DNA of 64,000 bases. Origin: an uncultured Acidobacteriaceae bacterium. GTDB lineage: Bacteria > Acidobacteriota > Terriglobia > Terriglobales > Acidobacteriaceae. The DNA lies in contig CAXSZW010000010.1 in assembly GCA_964242025.1 (NCBI GenBank), forward strand, positions 4,721 to 68,720, read 5' to 3'. Within the stretch, counting starts at the first letter, position 1; every line of letters begins with the position of its first letter. The notes under the pieces are model-generated. The model made no database searches, was not told the origin of the DNA, and worked only from the letters and a program-made list of their open reading frames with translations. Position numbers and translations under genes: made by a program. Of this stretch, positions 28,902-39,781 are shown piece by piece.

Positions 28902-31900
28902 TTACTTATACCGCCGCCGCACCTTGAACACGACGCTGAACACGTCGCTCTCATCCCGCTGCGCAACGACACTCAACTGCGGCGAAAAGTCATACTGAAA
29001 CGCAATCAGCTGCTGCGCGGATGAGTTCACGTTTGTTGCAAACGTCAACGTCACCTGCCGGTTCAGTTGCTGCTGCACCGTAATCCGAGCCGACGAGTTC
29101 CCCAGCGTTCCCACAAACGCCGGATCGATCTTCACGCTGCTCCCGCCGCCGCCGAACAACTTTGAAACCCGGCTGCTTACAGTCGCGTTCAACGCCCCGC
29201 CCAGCAGCGCGCTGGTCGTTGGATCGGTTCCCGCCTGAACCTGCTGCTCGTTGTAGAGCTGCGCCTCTTCCTGCGTACGACCCAGTGCCAGCAGGTTGAA
29301 GATGTCCGCCTCACTCAGCGGAGGCTCAGACCGGTACGTCGGCTTAAAGTTTGCCGAGGTCCCATGCACGCCAACGGTGATGTCATAGTTTTCCACCCGC
29401 GCCGTCGCATCCAGGTCGATTGTCGGATCAATCCGCACCGGGTTCGAGAAGTAGATATTGCCTCTCTCCAGCTCATACTGCACCCCGGCAAACGTCGCAC
29501 TGCCATCCGTAATCTGGATCCGTCCCAGCACACTCGGATCCGCCACCGTCCCGCGAACATTCAGGTCCACCGTCCCGGAGATCTTCGCATAGCTGTTCTG
29601 GAAGTCCAGCTGCGGCGAGCTCGCCACATGGATGTCCAGTCGTATCTTGTTCGTGGCCGCGCCCGGATCCGGCGGCGCGCTCACTCCGCCCGCCCCCGCA
29701 AACTGCGCAAAGTCAACGTCTGCGCCAATCCCGAACCGCGTTAGCAGAATGTTTCCGCTCAGCAGCGCACTTTGCGGTCCGCCCTGCAGCCGAAAGTTCG
29801 CATTTGCCGTCCCGCTCAGCCCGTTGAACCGAACCCGCACTGCATCGCCCGTCGCCGTAAGGTCTGCGTAGACGCCATTCCGGTACGTCAGGAACCCGCC
29901 GATCTTCAGTTGTCCACCGCCCGTCGTCGCCGTCAGCGTCTGCACGTTCAGCCGGTCCTGGTTGAACACCAGCGTCCCATTCAGATTCGTCAGTCCGTTC
30001 GGGACCCCATTGACAGCAAGGTTCACCCCTTGGAACTGCACATTACCCGTCAGCGCCGGATTCCCGATCGTCCCCACCGCGCCCACTGAAAACACCACCT
30101 TGCCGGTCGCAATCAGGTCCGGATCGAACGTCTGCGCAATGGTCGTGCTGATGCTGCCCAGCGCCTGAATATCCAGCCGCCCGCTCTTGTTATCCGGCTG
30201 CCCAGTCTTGGCGTTCTTACCGCCGAACACCTGGGCCGTCCCGCCCAACCGCAAATCCGTATCCGGTCCGGTGATATGCACCTTGTCCAGCGTAGCGACG
30301 CCATTGTTGAGACCGATCGAAAGCGGCTCCGCAGCCTTGAACGTAAGCCCCTGGCTCGTCACGCTGAAGTTGTTGAAGACTGCCCGTCCACTCAGTCCAG
30401 TCGGAACCGCCGCCGGCCCACTGACGTCGATTGTCCCGGTAATGTTGGACGTAGCCTGCAAACCACCCGGCTGAAACAGTGCCAACGCCTTACCCACATC
30501 CAGCGTACCCAGCGTCACATGCGCCTTCGTCTGGTAGTTCCCCACCAGCTCCGTCTGACCTTCTGCGTCAATCGGCGTCCCCACCAGCGTGGACTTCGCC
30601 GTGTAATAAACAACCTTGCCTTGGCTGTGCGCCTCAATCGCCGCCTGCCCCACCGGCTGCCCATCGGCCACGACATTTGTCAGCTTCACGCTGGCCTTCA
30701 AGTCCGGCTGTTCCACCGTGCCATTCGCGTCCGCGATGATCGTCAACACGCCATCCGCATTGACCTTCGCGTTCTGCACCGTCGTGAACTTGGAAAGCTG
30801 CAGATTATCGCCCTCGATATGACCATGCAGATGCTTGCTGCCAAGGTCATACCCGCCATTGCCGTTGATGGCCATTCCATGAAGCCGCAGCGCCACGCGC
30901 GAGGCTTCAATGTCCTGGCCCTTCACCGTCAGGTCCACATTGACGGATTCATATGGCTCACCGTACGCAACGCCGTTGACCAGCGAAAGAGACCCGCCAC
31001 CACTCAGCGTCTTCAGCGTCCCCGCCACATGCGCGTCCACGCCAATCGTGCCCGTAACGGGCACCTTCTCCTGCTGCCCGGCAATCGCCAGCACATCGCC
31101 CACCTGTGCATTGGCAAGCTGCACCTTAGCGTCGATCGTCGTGCCGTCGTCCCACACATAGGTGGCCGTCTTATGTTTGATCACGGTCCGCGGCTTGAAC
31201 GCCCCGGCCACATTCAGCACGGCCGTCCCGCGCCTGATCGTCGAACTCGCCACTGCCAGCCCAGCCGGCGTGTACTCCGCATCCGCCACCAATGAATCGA
31301 TGTGCACATCCGTCGCCGGAGGTGTCGTCACCGGTGCAGCCGGCGTCGATGAGCTCATAGCCACCGCCACCAGGTTCCCCGGCTGCGGCGGAGCCGGCGT
31401 CACCGTCTGGAAGTCCCCCAGCCGAACCTCAAGATTGTTCGCCTCCAGGTGTCCCTTCACATCCAACTTCGCGATAGCACCCTTCGCCGTCCCATGGAAG
31501 TGCGCATCGCCATGCAGCGCCACCGGGATTGCAGCCGACCCCTTCTTCCCATTACCGGCTAAACCCAGCGTCCGCAGCAACTGGTCATACTCGCCAAGAT
31601 CGCGCACCTGCAGGTCCACATTCAAGGCCGTCAGCGGATCGCCCAGGTTCACACCCAGCACGCCGTCCGCCACCAGGCTGGACTTCGGCGTGTTCGCCTC
31701 AATCCGCTTCACCTGCACCGTCTCGCTTTTTCCGTCGTAGTGCCCCAGCACCACGCCGCTGATCGGAATGTCCCGGCCCCGATGCGTCCCCACCGGCTTC
31801 AGGCTCAACTGCGCATCGACCAGCACGGAGTCGGCAATATCCACCACCGGCCCACCCCACTCCACCTTTACCGGCCCGTTGATTGACGTGTCGAACCCAA

Positions 31901-33380
31901 GGTTCCGATACTGCGGCGTCGCTGTCACCTCAGTGATCGTATTCAGCGAGATTTTATCCACCACCACCGTCAAGTAAGCATGCGACCGCGTCACAACCGG
32001 CGCCGTCGCCTGCCCAACACGCGCCTCACCCACAATGGCCGTGGTCGTCTTGTTCGCCGTCGTGGTCGCAGCCTGCACGGTCGGAGAAGCGGGCGGCGTA
32101 TTCGCCGGCACCTCGCCCAGCCAGTTCTCAATCTTCAGCTCACCCGTCGCGCTTCCGCCTCCCGGCAAGTAGCCGGTAAGCGCAGAAAACAACAACTCCG
32201 TCGGCGTTATGTGAACCTGCGCGCCGCCGTTGATGTCATGCAGCGACACGTACTCATCCTTGTAAGCGGCCTGATGCAGCTTCGCTGACCCTACAAGCAG
32301 GTAACCCTTCTGGCACTCAGGATCTGGCGGCAGCGTCTTCGGTGTCACCACAGCCGCCTCATGCCGATTCCGCAGCCGCTTCAAAAAGTTCTGCGGCTTC
32401 TGCTGCGCCGCCACAGGCTCCACGTTGCAGTTGTGCCCCGCGACATTCAGCTCCACACTTCCTGCATTTAGCCCATCTACACCCGCAAGAATCGAGATCT
32501 GCTTCAGCTCCAGCGACCCCTTCACCGTCGCCGTCCACACCGGATGGTTGAAGTCCTTGACCGCCGCAAACGCGGACAGGTCTGACGCCGCGCCGCTGTG
32601 GAACGTGAACTCCTTCAGGTCCGCCGAGTTCCGCCCAATCTCCGCCACCACATGCAGCTTGGACTGCGCCTCCGGCTCCTTCTGCATCTGCGTCCGCAGA
32701 TCGTTCAAATCGATCGTCGCCCCATACCGGTCCGTCGCCGCGATGTAATGCACATTGGCCTGCAGGTCCTGCGCCGCCAGGTTGAACGGCACCGCCTTGT
32801 CGTTCATCACCGCCAGCCCATTGACCAGCTCCACCTCTTCCGCCTTCAGGTCCAGCAGCGTATCGGTGACAGGCTCGCTACTCGGCGTTGTGTGCTTCGG
32901 CACCGGCTGGTTCGTCTTCCCATCCTTGTCGATGATCAAATGCACATGCGGCTGCTCCACCCGCAGGAAGCTCAACCCCACATAGCTCCTCTGCCCAGAG
33001 CCCGTGCTGCGCTTCAAAAAGTCGAAGATCTTCACCCGCACCAAAATCTTATCCGCGGAAAGATACGGCGCTTCACCCGGTCCTTCGAGCCCGTGAATCA
33101 CAAGACCGTCCGCCTCAATCGCCAGATGCCAAAGGTTGAACGTGATCCGCCCCAGGTCGACCTTGCCCCCGGTCGAATCCTCCAGCACGCTCACCACTTC
33201 CTTACCCACGCGCCGCTGAAAATCCTCAGTCGTCGTATACCAGGCTCCGCCGGCGAGCACAACGATCAGCAGCAGCACCAGCCCACCCACCAACCACGCA
33301 ACCCCGCGCCCAATCCGCCCGCCCATACTCCGTCGTGGCGCCTTCTCTTCTGAACTCAACGGCTTCTGTTCCTCGCTCAT
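28902..33380 (-). CDS. tamB: Translocation and assembly module protein TamB (AsmA-like, DUF490 C-terminus)
   Basis: 1492 aa with an N-terminal anchor helix (VAWLVGGLVLLLIVVLAGGAW), a long beta-rich repetitive body, and a C-terminal DUF490-like end (...TFATNVNSSAQQLIAFQYDFSPQLSVVAQRDE...). Confidence 0.8.
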   Translation of the reverse strand: MSEEQKPLSSEEKAPRRSMGGRIGRGVAWLVGGLVLLLIVVLAGGAWYTTTEDFQRRVGKEVVSVLEDSTGGKVDLGRITFNLWHLAIEADGLVIHGLEGPGEAPYLSADKILVRVKIFDFLKRSTGSGQRSYVGLSFLRVEQPHVHLIIDKDGKTNQPVPKHTTPSSEPVTDTLLDLKAEEVELVNGLAVMNDKAVPFNLAAQDLQANVHYIAATDRYGATIDLNDLRTQMQKEPEAQSKLHVVAEIGRNSADLKEFTFHSGAASDLSAFAAVKDFNHPVWTATVKGSLELKQISILAGVDGLNAGSVELNVAGHNCNVEPVAAQQKPQNFLKRLRNRHEAAVVTPKTLPPDPECQKGYLLVGSAKLHQAAYKDEYVSLHDINGGAQVHITPTELLFSALTGYLPGGGSATGELKIENWLGEVPANTPPASPTVQAATTTANKTTTAIVGEARVGQATAPVVTRSHAYLTVVVDKISLNTITEVTATPQYRNLGFDTSINGPVKVEWGGPVVDIADSVLVDAQLSLKPVGTHRGRDIPISGVVLGHYDGKSETVQVKRIEANTPKSSLVADGVLGVNLGDPLTALNVDLQVRDLGEYDQLLRTLGLAGNGKKGSAAIPVALHGDAHFHGTAKGAIAKLDVKGHLEANNLEVRLGDFQTVTPAPPQPGNLVAVAMSSSTPAAPVTTPPATDVHIDSLVADAEYTPAGLAVASSTIRRGTAVLNVAGAFKPRTVIKHKTATYVWDDGTTIDAKVQLANAQVGDVLAIAGQQEKVPVTGTIGVDAHVAGTLKTLSGGGSLSLVNGVAYGEPYESVNVDLTVKGQDIEASRVALRLHGMAINGNGGYDLGSKHLHGHIEGDNLQLSKFTTVQNAKVNADGVLTIIADANGTVEQPDLKASVKLTNVVADGQPVGQAAIEAHSQGKVVYYTAKSTLVGTPIDAEGQTELVGNYQTKAHVTLGTLDVGKALALFQPGGLQATSNITGTIDVSGPAAVPTGLSGRAVFNNFSVTSQGLTFKAAEPLSIGLNNGVATLDKVHITGPDTDLRLGGTAQVFGGKNAKTGQPDNKSGRLDIQALGSISTTIAQTFDPDLIATGKVVFSVGAVGTIGNPALTGNVQFQGVNLAVNGVPNGLTNLNGTLVFNQDRLNVQTLTATTGGGQLKIGGFLTYRNGVYADLTATGDAVRVRFNGLSGTANANFRLQGGPQSALLSGNILLTRFGIGADVDFAQFAGAGGVSAPPDPGAATNKIRLDIHVASSPQLDFQNSYAKISGTVDLNVRGTVADPSVLGRIQITDGSATFAGVQYELERGNIYFSNPVRIDPTIDLDATARVENYDITVGVHGTSANFKPTYRSEPPLSEADIFNLLALGRTQEEAQLYNEQQVQAGTDPTTSALLGGALNATVSSRVSKLFGGGGSSVKIDPAFVGTLGNSSARITVQQQLNRQVTLTFATNVNSSAQQLIAFQYDFSPQLSVVAQRDESDVFSVVFKVRRRYK

Positions 33381-34240
33381 GAGTTCCCCCCACCCGGTGT
33401 CATCACACGCACCGTCCCCTGCGCCTTCAAAGACTTCAACCAGTCACCCAGCAGCGCGGAGACTTGCTGCTGCAGCAGAATCTCCTGGATCCGGTCCGAG
33501 ATCGCCGCCAGCTTCGGTGCCGGCGCGTTGCGCTTCGCGTACTCCGGCATCAGCTTCGTGTCGTAGTACTCCTGGATCTGCGCCTGCTTGATGTCGATCC
33601 CCGACCGAAACCGTATCTCGATAAACTTCAACACCTGCATCCGCTGCTTCCAGCGCATGGTCAACTCGTCCAGCGTAAACCCCTCATGCGCGACGAACTT
33701 CGCCCACCCCGCATCCGTCTCGCAGTGGTACTCCTTGCACGCTGGAATCTCCTTGCGAAGCTGCTGAAATTGAGTCTCTACCTCAGCGTCCGTCACCGCT
33801 GCATCCGGCTGCAGCTTCGCCTGCTGCAGGATCAACGTGCGATCCACCAGCCGCTCGATCGCAGCCTGCCGCGAAAACGTCCGGTTCGGATTGGAGTACG
33901 GCTGAAACGCCTGAAACCGCTTGTCCTCATCCACATCGCTCTCAAGCACCAGGTCGCCATTCACCACTGCAATCACCTGATCTACCAGGACGCCGGCACC
34001 CTCTGGGAGGCTGCTGCTCGCATCGCTCTGCGACGTATCCGCATGCACTCGCGCATCGCTCTTGCTGACCGCCGGACTCGTCCCCTGCGGCGACTGCACC
34101 GGAGCCGCCGCGTTCGTAGATGGCATCGCCGGCACACCCGTCGATTGCGCAGCCAGCGGCATCGCAAACGCCAGTGGCATTGCACAGGCCAGCGTCATCG
34201 CCACCAGCTCCAGCCCCGTCTTGTCGCTACCCATCGCCAT
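33377..34240 (-). CDS. SurA N-terminal-domain chaperone-like protein (no obvious parvulin domain)
   Basis: Signal peptide is present. VIAVVNGDLVLESDVDE, RTLILQQAKL and QEILLQQQVSALLGDWLKSLKAQGTV fit the family. ATGA start/stop overlap with tamB. I chose a start downstream of the bamA stop. Confidence 0.65.
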   Translation of the reverse strand: MAMGSDKTGLELVAMTLACAMPLAFAMPLAAQSTGVPAMPSTNAAAPVQSPQGTSPAVSKSDARVHADTSQSDASSSLPEGAGVLVDQVIAVVNGDLVLESDVDEDKRFQAFQPYSNPNRTFSRQAAIERLVDRTLILQQAKLQPDAAVTDAEVETQFQQLRKEIPACKEYHCETDAGWAKFVAHEGFTLDELTMRWKQRMQVLKFIEIRFRSGIDIKQAQIQEYYDTKLMPEYAKRNAPAPKLAAISDRIQEILLQQQVSALLGDWLKSLKAQGTVRVMTPGGGNS

Positions 34241-34259
34241 TACAGTCCTTAGCCCAGTC

Positions 34260-37200
34260 TTAGAAGCTCTGCCCAATGCTGAAGAAGAAGTTGAAGTGAC
34301 CGGCGTTGCCCACATACGGAGCGCCCACCACACCTGTAATCACCGGATACTTCGGCGGATTCAGGTTGTAGCTCAGGTCCAGCCGGATCGGTCCCACCGG
34401 GGTCTTGTACCGCGCGCCGAGTCCCAGCGCGTGGGAGAAGTAACGGAAGTCGCACGTCCCAATCGTCACGCCCGTCACCACTTCGCACGTCGCCTCATTC
34501 GGCTGGTGGAAGCGCTTGAAGCTCGGGAACGTATCGCTGACGTGCTGGAACACATTGCCCATGTCATGGAAGACGACAAACGAAACGCTGCTCCCCACAT
34601 ACGGCAGCGTCGGTGCCGGCAGCCGCAGTTCCAGCGAGTTCACAAACACCGCGGAACCGCCCACCGGATAGCCGGTCTGCAAGTCGCGCGGACCCGCGTC
34701 GTTGATCCCAAACCCACGATGCGAGGTCGCACCGCCCGCATACAACCGCTCCGGCAGCGGCACTGCATTGCAACTTGCATTCGTGTTCAGCAGCGCACCC
34801 GCGCAGGACGGGTTGGTCCCGGTCCCGTTTGCCAGCGTCAGGTTTGGATTGACCCCATACGAGTTGATAAACCCGAAACGCGTATTGCGCGCAAACACAT
34901 ACTGGTGTTTGCCAAAGTGGTAGTACGTCGAATTCGTAATGTCCGTCCGGTTGAAGTCTGTCTGCGACCCGAACTTGCCCGTCGCCAGAAATTCCGTCAC
35001 GCTCGTGTACGATCCCTTGATCGCATCCAGCGGGCTTGGCGTCCTCGTATCGTGGAACCACGTCACCTGCGGTCCGCCCACGCGCACCGGCTGCGAAAGC
35101 AGCGGAATCAAGTTCTGTGAAATCGCCAGGCTGTTCGGATCGACCGACACCCGCCGATACACAAAGTCGTAAATGAACGTGTCCTTCTTCGTCGGCTTCT
35201 GGGTCACCCGCAGGTCGCCTTGCAGCGTGGAAGCCGCAAACGTCGTAATGTCCTGCACATTCGTGTAACCGCCGGAAACCTGCAGCGCCAGCTTCGGATT
35301 CCCGAACAGGTGCGGGTTCTGGAAGCTCAGCGTCGCCACTTCTTCCAGCAGGCCGTACGTCGTATGCAGCGTCAGCGAGTTATCCGTCCCGCGCAAATTA
35401 ATCCGGCTCACGTCCAGCGAGACCCGCGGGCTCACACCCGCCTTGCCCTCCTGCGCCGGCGTCGTTCCCTGCGACGTCTGATAAATGCCTCGTCCCGGCG
35501 TTCCCGTCTGCGCTTCAAACCCGAACCCGTACGTTACATCCCAGCGCTTGGCCTCGGTAATCTGCACCAGCACGTTCTTCTCTTCGGCGTCACCGGTCGG
35601 ATTCTGCACCGCCGCCACCACCTCGTTGAACAGCGCTAGGTTGTACAGCCCACGCTGCGTCTCCAGCAGCGCGCTCTGGTCCAGCGGATCGCCCGCATGC
35701 ACCTTGTACTGGTCATGCACCACGTCCGGCCGCGTGTGATGAATCCCGCTCTCCAGCACCTGGCGGATAAACACCTGCTGCCCTTCCGTCACGTTGAACG
35801 CCACATCCGTCTTCGTCTTATCCTCATCGTCCGGAGTCTGCTTCACCTCAACCTTCGCCTGGTCGAACCCATTGCTTAGGTAGTAGCCCAGCAGCGCATC
35901 ACGATCCCCGGAGAGCGTCTGCAGCGAAAACGGCTGTCCCTCCTGGGTGTTCATCAGCCCCTGCAGCGCGGCCTTGCGGGTCGCATCCACGCCGCCCAGG
36001 CTCACATCCCCAAACTGCGTCTGCGCTCCTTCGTCGATCGTGAACGTCACCGCAATCTCTGCAACCTTCAACTGCTTGCCCTTCGCCGCGGTCACATCCT
36101 TCGCGGTCGAAACCACCTTCGCATCCTTGAATCCGTTCGCCCGGTACAGCGCCTGCAGGTTGCTGACATCGGCCTTCATCACCTCTTCGCTGTAACGCCC
36201 GGCCCGCAGATAAAGGCTCGCCTTCTGCGTCTGCAGCCGGCCTTCCAGGTCGTCGGTCTGGAAGTACTTCGCACCCTTGATCTCCACTGACGCGACCTTA
36301 TGCTTGATCCCCTTATCCACGGAGAACAGCACCGTCTGCTGCGCCGTCCCGGACCCAATCACCTTCACCTGAACCTTCGCATCGAAGTACCCGGACTGCT
36401 GCATGTAATCCTGCATCTTGAACCGGCCTTCATTCAGCAGGTCGTTGTCGACCGTGCCTTCCTCAAACACCGGCACCAGCAGATGCAGCCTGCTCTTGGA
36501 GATCTTCGCGCCCTCCACCACCACCTTCACTGTCGGCCCCTGCTCAGCCTGGAACTCATAGTTCAACGTCTTCGTCGGCGCGTCGTAAGTTGATTTTTGC
36601 AGTGAAACTGTCGCCTCCAGCTTGTTCTCCTTCTGGTACACGTCCCGCAGATTCGAAAGCGCATTGCTCGTCGTCTCGCGCCCCACCTTGCTCTTTCGCT
36701 TCAGCTTGGCCTTCTTGCGAAACTTCGCCAGCGTGATCCCCGGATCGCTGCCCGTCAGCACAACGTCGCCAACCTTCGCCTGCGGCCCAATGGCAACCGT
36801 GTAGGTCACATTCACCTGCTGGCCCGTGTCGTCCTGCGTCGTCGTCACGCTGATCACCGGCTGGAAGTAGCCGTTCTGCACCAGCACCTGCTTCACCAGC
36901 TCCGTCGCCGCGGGTATCTGCGAGGGCGTAAACGCTGTCCCCGGATTCAGCTGCGTCCCATACTCCAGCAGCGAGGCCAGCCGGCTGTCCTGCACTCCAT
37001 CGATCTGCACCCGTCCCACGTAGTACCGGGCCACACCGCTGAAGACCACCGCCACCCCACCCGCCTCCTTCACCACCCGCACCCCGATGTTCCGGTAGCG
37101 CCCCGTCGCAAACAGCCGCCGCGTCGTCTCCTGCACCTTCGCCGGGTCCAGCGGAGTCCCAGCCTGCTGCGCCAGTTGACCCGTCAGCCTGTCCGTCTTG

Positions 37201-37655
37201 TCGAACTCCACGCCCTCAAACCGGATCGCCGTAACCTTCGCACCCTTGTACTCCGCCAGGCTCCCCGTCAGCGCCGGCATCGTTGGCCCAATCCTGTCCG
37301 AGGTCTGCCCTCCCGCATCCGGCCCGGGCGTTGCCGCCGTCGCAGCCTGCGGAACCCCAGGACTCGCCGTCACCGGCGCGCTCGGATTCGGAGCAGCCGG
37401 AAGCGCCCCCGTCTGTCCCGTACTCGTCCCCATCGCGCCCGCCGGGACCGAACCCGGTGTCGAAGCCCCCTGTGCCCAGCCGCACCCTGTCCCCAGCAGC
37501 CCGGCTGAAACCAGCACCGCGGCCAGCGCAAGCTGCTTGGCCCTGCCCGCGCCCGTCAAGCCACGCACCGGCCTCGCCGCTCGAAGCGCGAACGTCAACT
37601 CCGTCTCGCCTTGTCTCGGCTCATGCCACTCAGGACAACTCCGCACTCCCAACAC
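34260..37655 (-). CDS. bamA: Outer membrane protein assembly factor BamA (Omp85 family) with multiple POTRA domains
   Basis: POTRA-like repeats (V..I.F.G......), an Omp85 barrel with C-terminal ...FNFFFSIGQSF, and a low-complexity linker after the signal peptide. Confidence 0.9.
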   Translation of the reverse strand: MLGVRSCPEWHEPRQGETELTFALRAARPVRGLTGAGRAKQLALAAVLVSAGLLGTGCGWAQGASTPGSVPAGAMGTSTGQTGALPAAPNPSAPVTASPGVPQAATAATPGPDAGGQTSDRIGPTMPALTGSLAEYKGAKVTAIRFEGVEFDKTDRLTGQLAQQAGTPLDPAKVQETTRRLFATGRYRNIGVRVVKEAGGVAVVFSGVARYYVGRVQIDGVQDSRLASLLEYGTQLNPGTAFTPSQIPAATELVKQVLVQNGYFQPVISVTTTQDDTGQQVNVTYTVAIGPQAKVGDVVLTGSDPGITLAKFRKKAKLKRKSKVGRETTSNALSNLRDVYQKENKLEATVSLQKSTYDAPTKTLNYEFQAEQGPTVKVVVEGAKISKSRLHLLVPVFEEGTVDNDLLNEGRFKMQDYMQQSGYFDAKVQVKVIGSGTAQQTVLFSVDKGIKHKVASVEIKGAKYFQTDDLEGRLQTQKASLYLRAGRYSEEVMKADVSNLQALYRANGFKDAKVVSTAKDVTAAKGKQLKVAEIAVTFTIDEGAQTQFGDVSLGGVDATRKAALQGLMNTQEGQPFSLQTLSGDRDALLGYYLSNGFDQAKVEVKQTPDDEDKTKTDVAFNVTEGQQVFIRQVLESGIHHTRPDVVHDQYKVHAGDPLDQSALLETQRGLYNLALFNEVVAAVQNPTGDAEEKNVLVQITEAKRWDVTYGFGFEAQTGTPGRGIYQTSQGTTPAQEGKAGVSPRVSLDVSRINLRGTDNSLTLHTTYGLLEEVATLSFQNPHLFGNPKLALQVSGGYTNVQDITTFAASTLQGDLRVTQKPTKKDTFIYDFVYRRVSVDPNSLAISQNLIPLLSQPVRVGGPQVTWFHDTRTPSPLDAIKGSYTSVTEFLATGKFGSQTDFNRTDITNSTYYHFGKHQYVFARNTRFGFINSYGVNPNLTLANGTGTNPSCAGALLNTNASCNAVPLPERLYAGGATSHRGFGINDAGPRDLQTGYPVGGSAVFVNSLELRLPAPTLPYVGSSVSFVVFHDMGNVFQHVSDTFPSFKRFHQPNEATCEVVTGVTIGTCDFRYFSHALGLGARYKTPVGPIRLDLSYNLNPPKYPVITGVVGAPYVGNAGHFNFFFSIGQSF

Positions 37656-37863
37656 TCGGACCCCTTATGCTCATCTGCCGGAGCTTTCTCGCTCAAGCCC
37701 TGTCGTTTCCTTACCTTGGAACGAACCCGTGCCCTCGCCCCCGCTGCAATAGTATTTTAGCCTTTCGATGCACAAACCCGCCCCTGCGTTAGTCTCGACG
37801 TCGTTCTTGTTTCGTCTCCTCACCATCCCCGCCCGGCCGCTTGCCTATACTGAAATCACTCGC

Positions 37864-38913
37864 ATGTCCCACCCGCCACCGCCAGACTCCCTTCCCGACC
37901 GCTACTCCCGCCAGATCCTCTTCCCCGGCATCGGCCCCCAGGGCCAGTCCCGCCTAGCCTCCGCCCGGGTCGCCATCGTCGGCGTTGGAGCCACCGGCGC
38001 CGCCTCCGCCTCACTCCTCGCCCGCGCCGGCGTCGGCCACCTCACCCTCATCGACCGCGACTTCGTCGAGCCCTCCAACCTTCAGCGCCAGGTCCTCTTT
38101 GACGAGGCCGACGCCCTCGCCACCCTCCCCAAAGCCGAAGCCGCCCGCCGCAAAATCCTCCTCTTCAACTCCTCCATCACGGTCGAACCCGTCGTCGCCG
38201 ACCTCATCCCCACCAACATTCACGCCCTTCTCGCCCCCGCCCAACTGATATTGGACTGCACCGACAACTTCGAAACCCGTTACCTCCTCAACGACTACGC
38301 CGTCCGCGAATCCAAACCCTGGATCTACGCCGCCGCCCTCGGCGCCTACGCCGCCACCATGAACATCCTCCCCGGCGAAACATCGTGCCTCGCCTGCCTA
38401 TTCCCCGCCCCGCCCTCAGGCCCCGTCGAAACCTGCGACACCGCCGGCATCCTCTCCACCGCCGTTAATCTCGCCGCCTCCATCCAGTCCACCGAAGCCC
38501 TCAAATTCCTCACCGGCCAGCCCCACCTCATGCGCCGCACCCTCCTCTCTCATGACCTCTGGACCAACCAGCGATCAGAGATCTCCGCCGCGCACCCGGA
38601 CCCCGCCTGCTGTGTCTGCGGCCCGGACCACACCTTCACCCACCTCGCCGGCACCGCCCGCCCCCACATCACCCTCTGCGGTCGCAACTCCGTCCAGATC
38701 CACGAGCACCACCGCCCCATCGACCTCGCCGCGCTCCGCGCTACCCTCGCCCGCCAGCCTGAAATCACCGGTCTCCGCTCCACCCCTATGCTCCTTCGCT
38801 TCCTTCGCGGCCCCCAGACCTTCACCGTCTTCCCGGACGGCCGCGCCCTCATCCAGGGCACCACCGATATTCCCCTCGCCCGCTCTCTCTACGCCCGTTT
38901 CATCGGCTCCTGA
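37864..38913 (+). CDS. ThiF/MoeB/HesA-family adenylyltransferase (E1-like) with a C-terminal extension
   Basis: RYSRQILFPGIG, the nucleotide loop VGVGATGAAS, LIDRDFVEPSNLQRQ, and paired CxxC motifs (CLAC, CCVC). The C-terminal part (about 100 aa) ends in ...TVFPDGRALIQGTTD... Confidence 0.8.
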   Translation: MSHPPPPDSLPDRYSRQILFPGIGPQGQSRLASARVAIVGVGATGAASASLLARAGVGHLTLIDRDFVEPSNLQRQVLFDEADALATLPKAEAARRKILLFNSSITVEPVVADLIPTNIHALLAPAQLILDCTDNFETRYLLNDYAVRESKPWIYAAALGAYAATMNILPGETSCLACLFPAPPSGPVETCDTAGILSTAVNLAASIQSTEALKFLTGQPHLMRRTLLSHDLWTNQRSEISAAHPDPACCVCGPDHTFTHLAGTARPHITLCGRNSVQIHEHHRPIDLAALRATLARQPEITGLRSTPMLLRFLRGPQTFTVFPDGRALIQGTTDIPLARSLYARFIGS

Positions 38914-39118
38914 AGCCATCTGTCACCTATCCGACATAAACCAGATCTGCATACAACCTTTCCTCCCTAAATCCTTCTCTCAATGGTGCATAACGCGCGG
39001 CGGGCGCAACCACCTCCGTTTGCGATACCCTTGGGACAGCTACCAGATCCGGCCCAGCTTGGTTCGCCGCGCATGTCGCTACCGTGACAGGTCGACGAAA
39101 GGACCGGAACCGAGCTAA

Positions 39119-39781
39119 ATGATCCCCCAAGGCGTACTGATGACGGAACCGAAACCGAATACCGGCTTGTTCAAGCGGAACCCACCCATCGCCGGAGAGG
39201 CTGAAGCCATTGAGGCCGCCAAAAATGGCGACCCCGATGCCTTCTCCAAGCTCTACACCCTCCACAAACGCCGCGTTTACACCCTCTGCCTCCGCATGCT
39301 GGGCAACGTCTCGGAAGCCGAGGATATGACCCAGGAGGCCTTCCTCCATCTCTTCCGCAAGCTCGGCAGCTTCCGCGGTGAATCCGCCTTCTCCACCTGG
39401 CTGCACCGGCTCACGGTCAACCTCGTCCTCATGCACCTGCGCAAAAAGGGCCTCAACCTCGTCTCGCTGGAAGAGACCATCAATCCGTCCGAAGAAGACG
39501 CGCCCAAGCGTGACTTCGGCTCCCGCGACCCCATGCTCTCCGGCTCCGTAGACCGCGTCGCCCTCGAGCGCGCCGTCGCCTCATTACCTCCCGGTTACCG
39601 CATGGTCTTCGTCCTCCACGACGTCGAAGGCTTCGAGCACAATGAAATCGCAACCATGCTCGAATGCAGCACCGGAAACAGCAAATCCCAGCTCCACAAA
39701 GCCCGCCTCAAGCTGCGTGAGCTACTGCGGGAACAGACCGCCACCGTGCAGCCAGCAGCCATGAAGGAGGCCACCGCATGA
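39119..39781 (+). CDS. ECF-type RNA polymerase sigma-70 family factor
   Basis: Region 2 ([25 protein letters not shown]) and region 4 ([41 protein letters not shown]). Confidence 0.85.
   Translation: MIPQGVLMTEPKPNTGLFKRNPPIAGEAEAIEAAKNGDPDAFSKLYTLHKRRVYTLCLRMLGNVSEAEDMTQEAFLHLFRKLGSFRGESAFSTWLHRLTVNLVLMHLRKKGLNLVSLEETINPSEEDAPKRDFGSRDPMLSGSVDRVALERAVASLPPGYRMVFVLHDVEGFEHNEIATMLECSTGNSKSQLHKARLKLRELLREQTATVQPAAMKEATA

Noticed and set aside
22423-38913. MoaD (a ubiquitin-like GG protein), MoaE and the ThiF-like E1 as a prokaryotic ubiquitin-like conjugation system.
   Set aside because: moaD and moaE form the standard molybdopterin synthase pair. The E1-like gene is 15 kb away, and no JAB/E2-like genes are present. 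Ordinary Moco biosynthesis is the simpler explanation.
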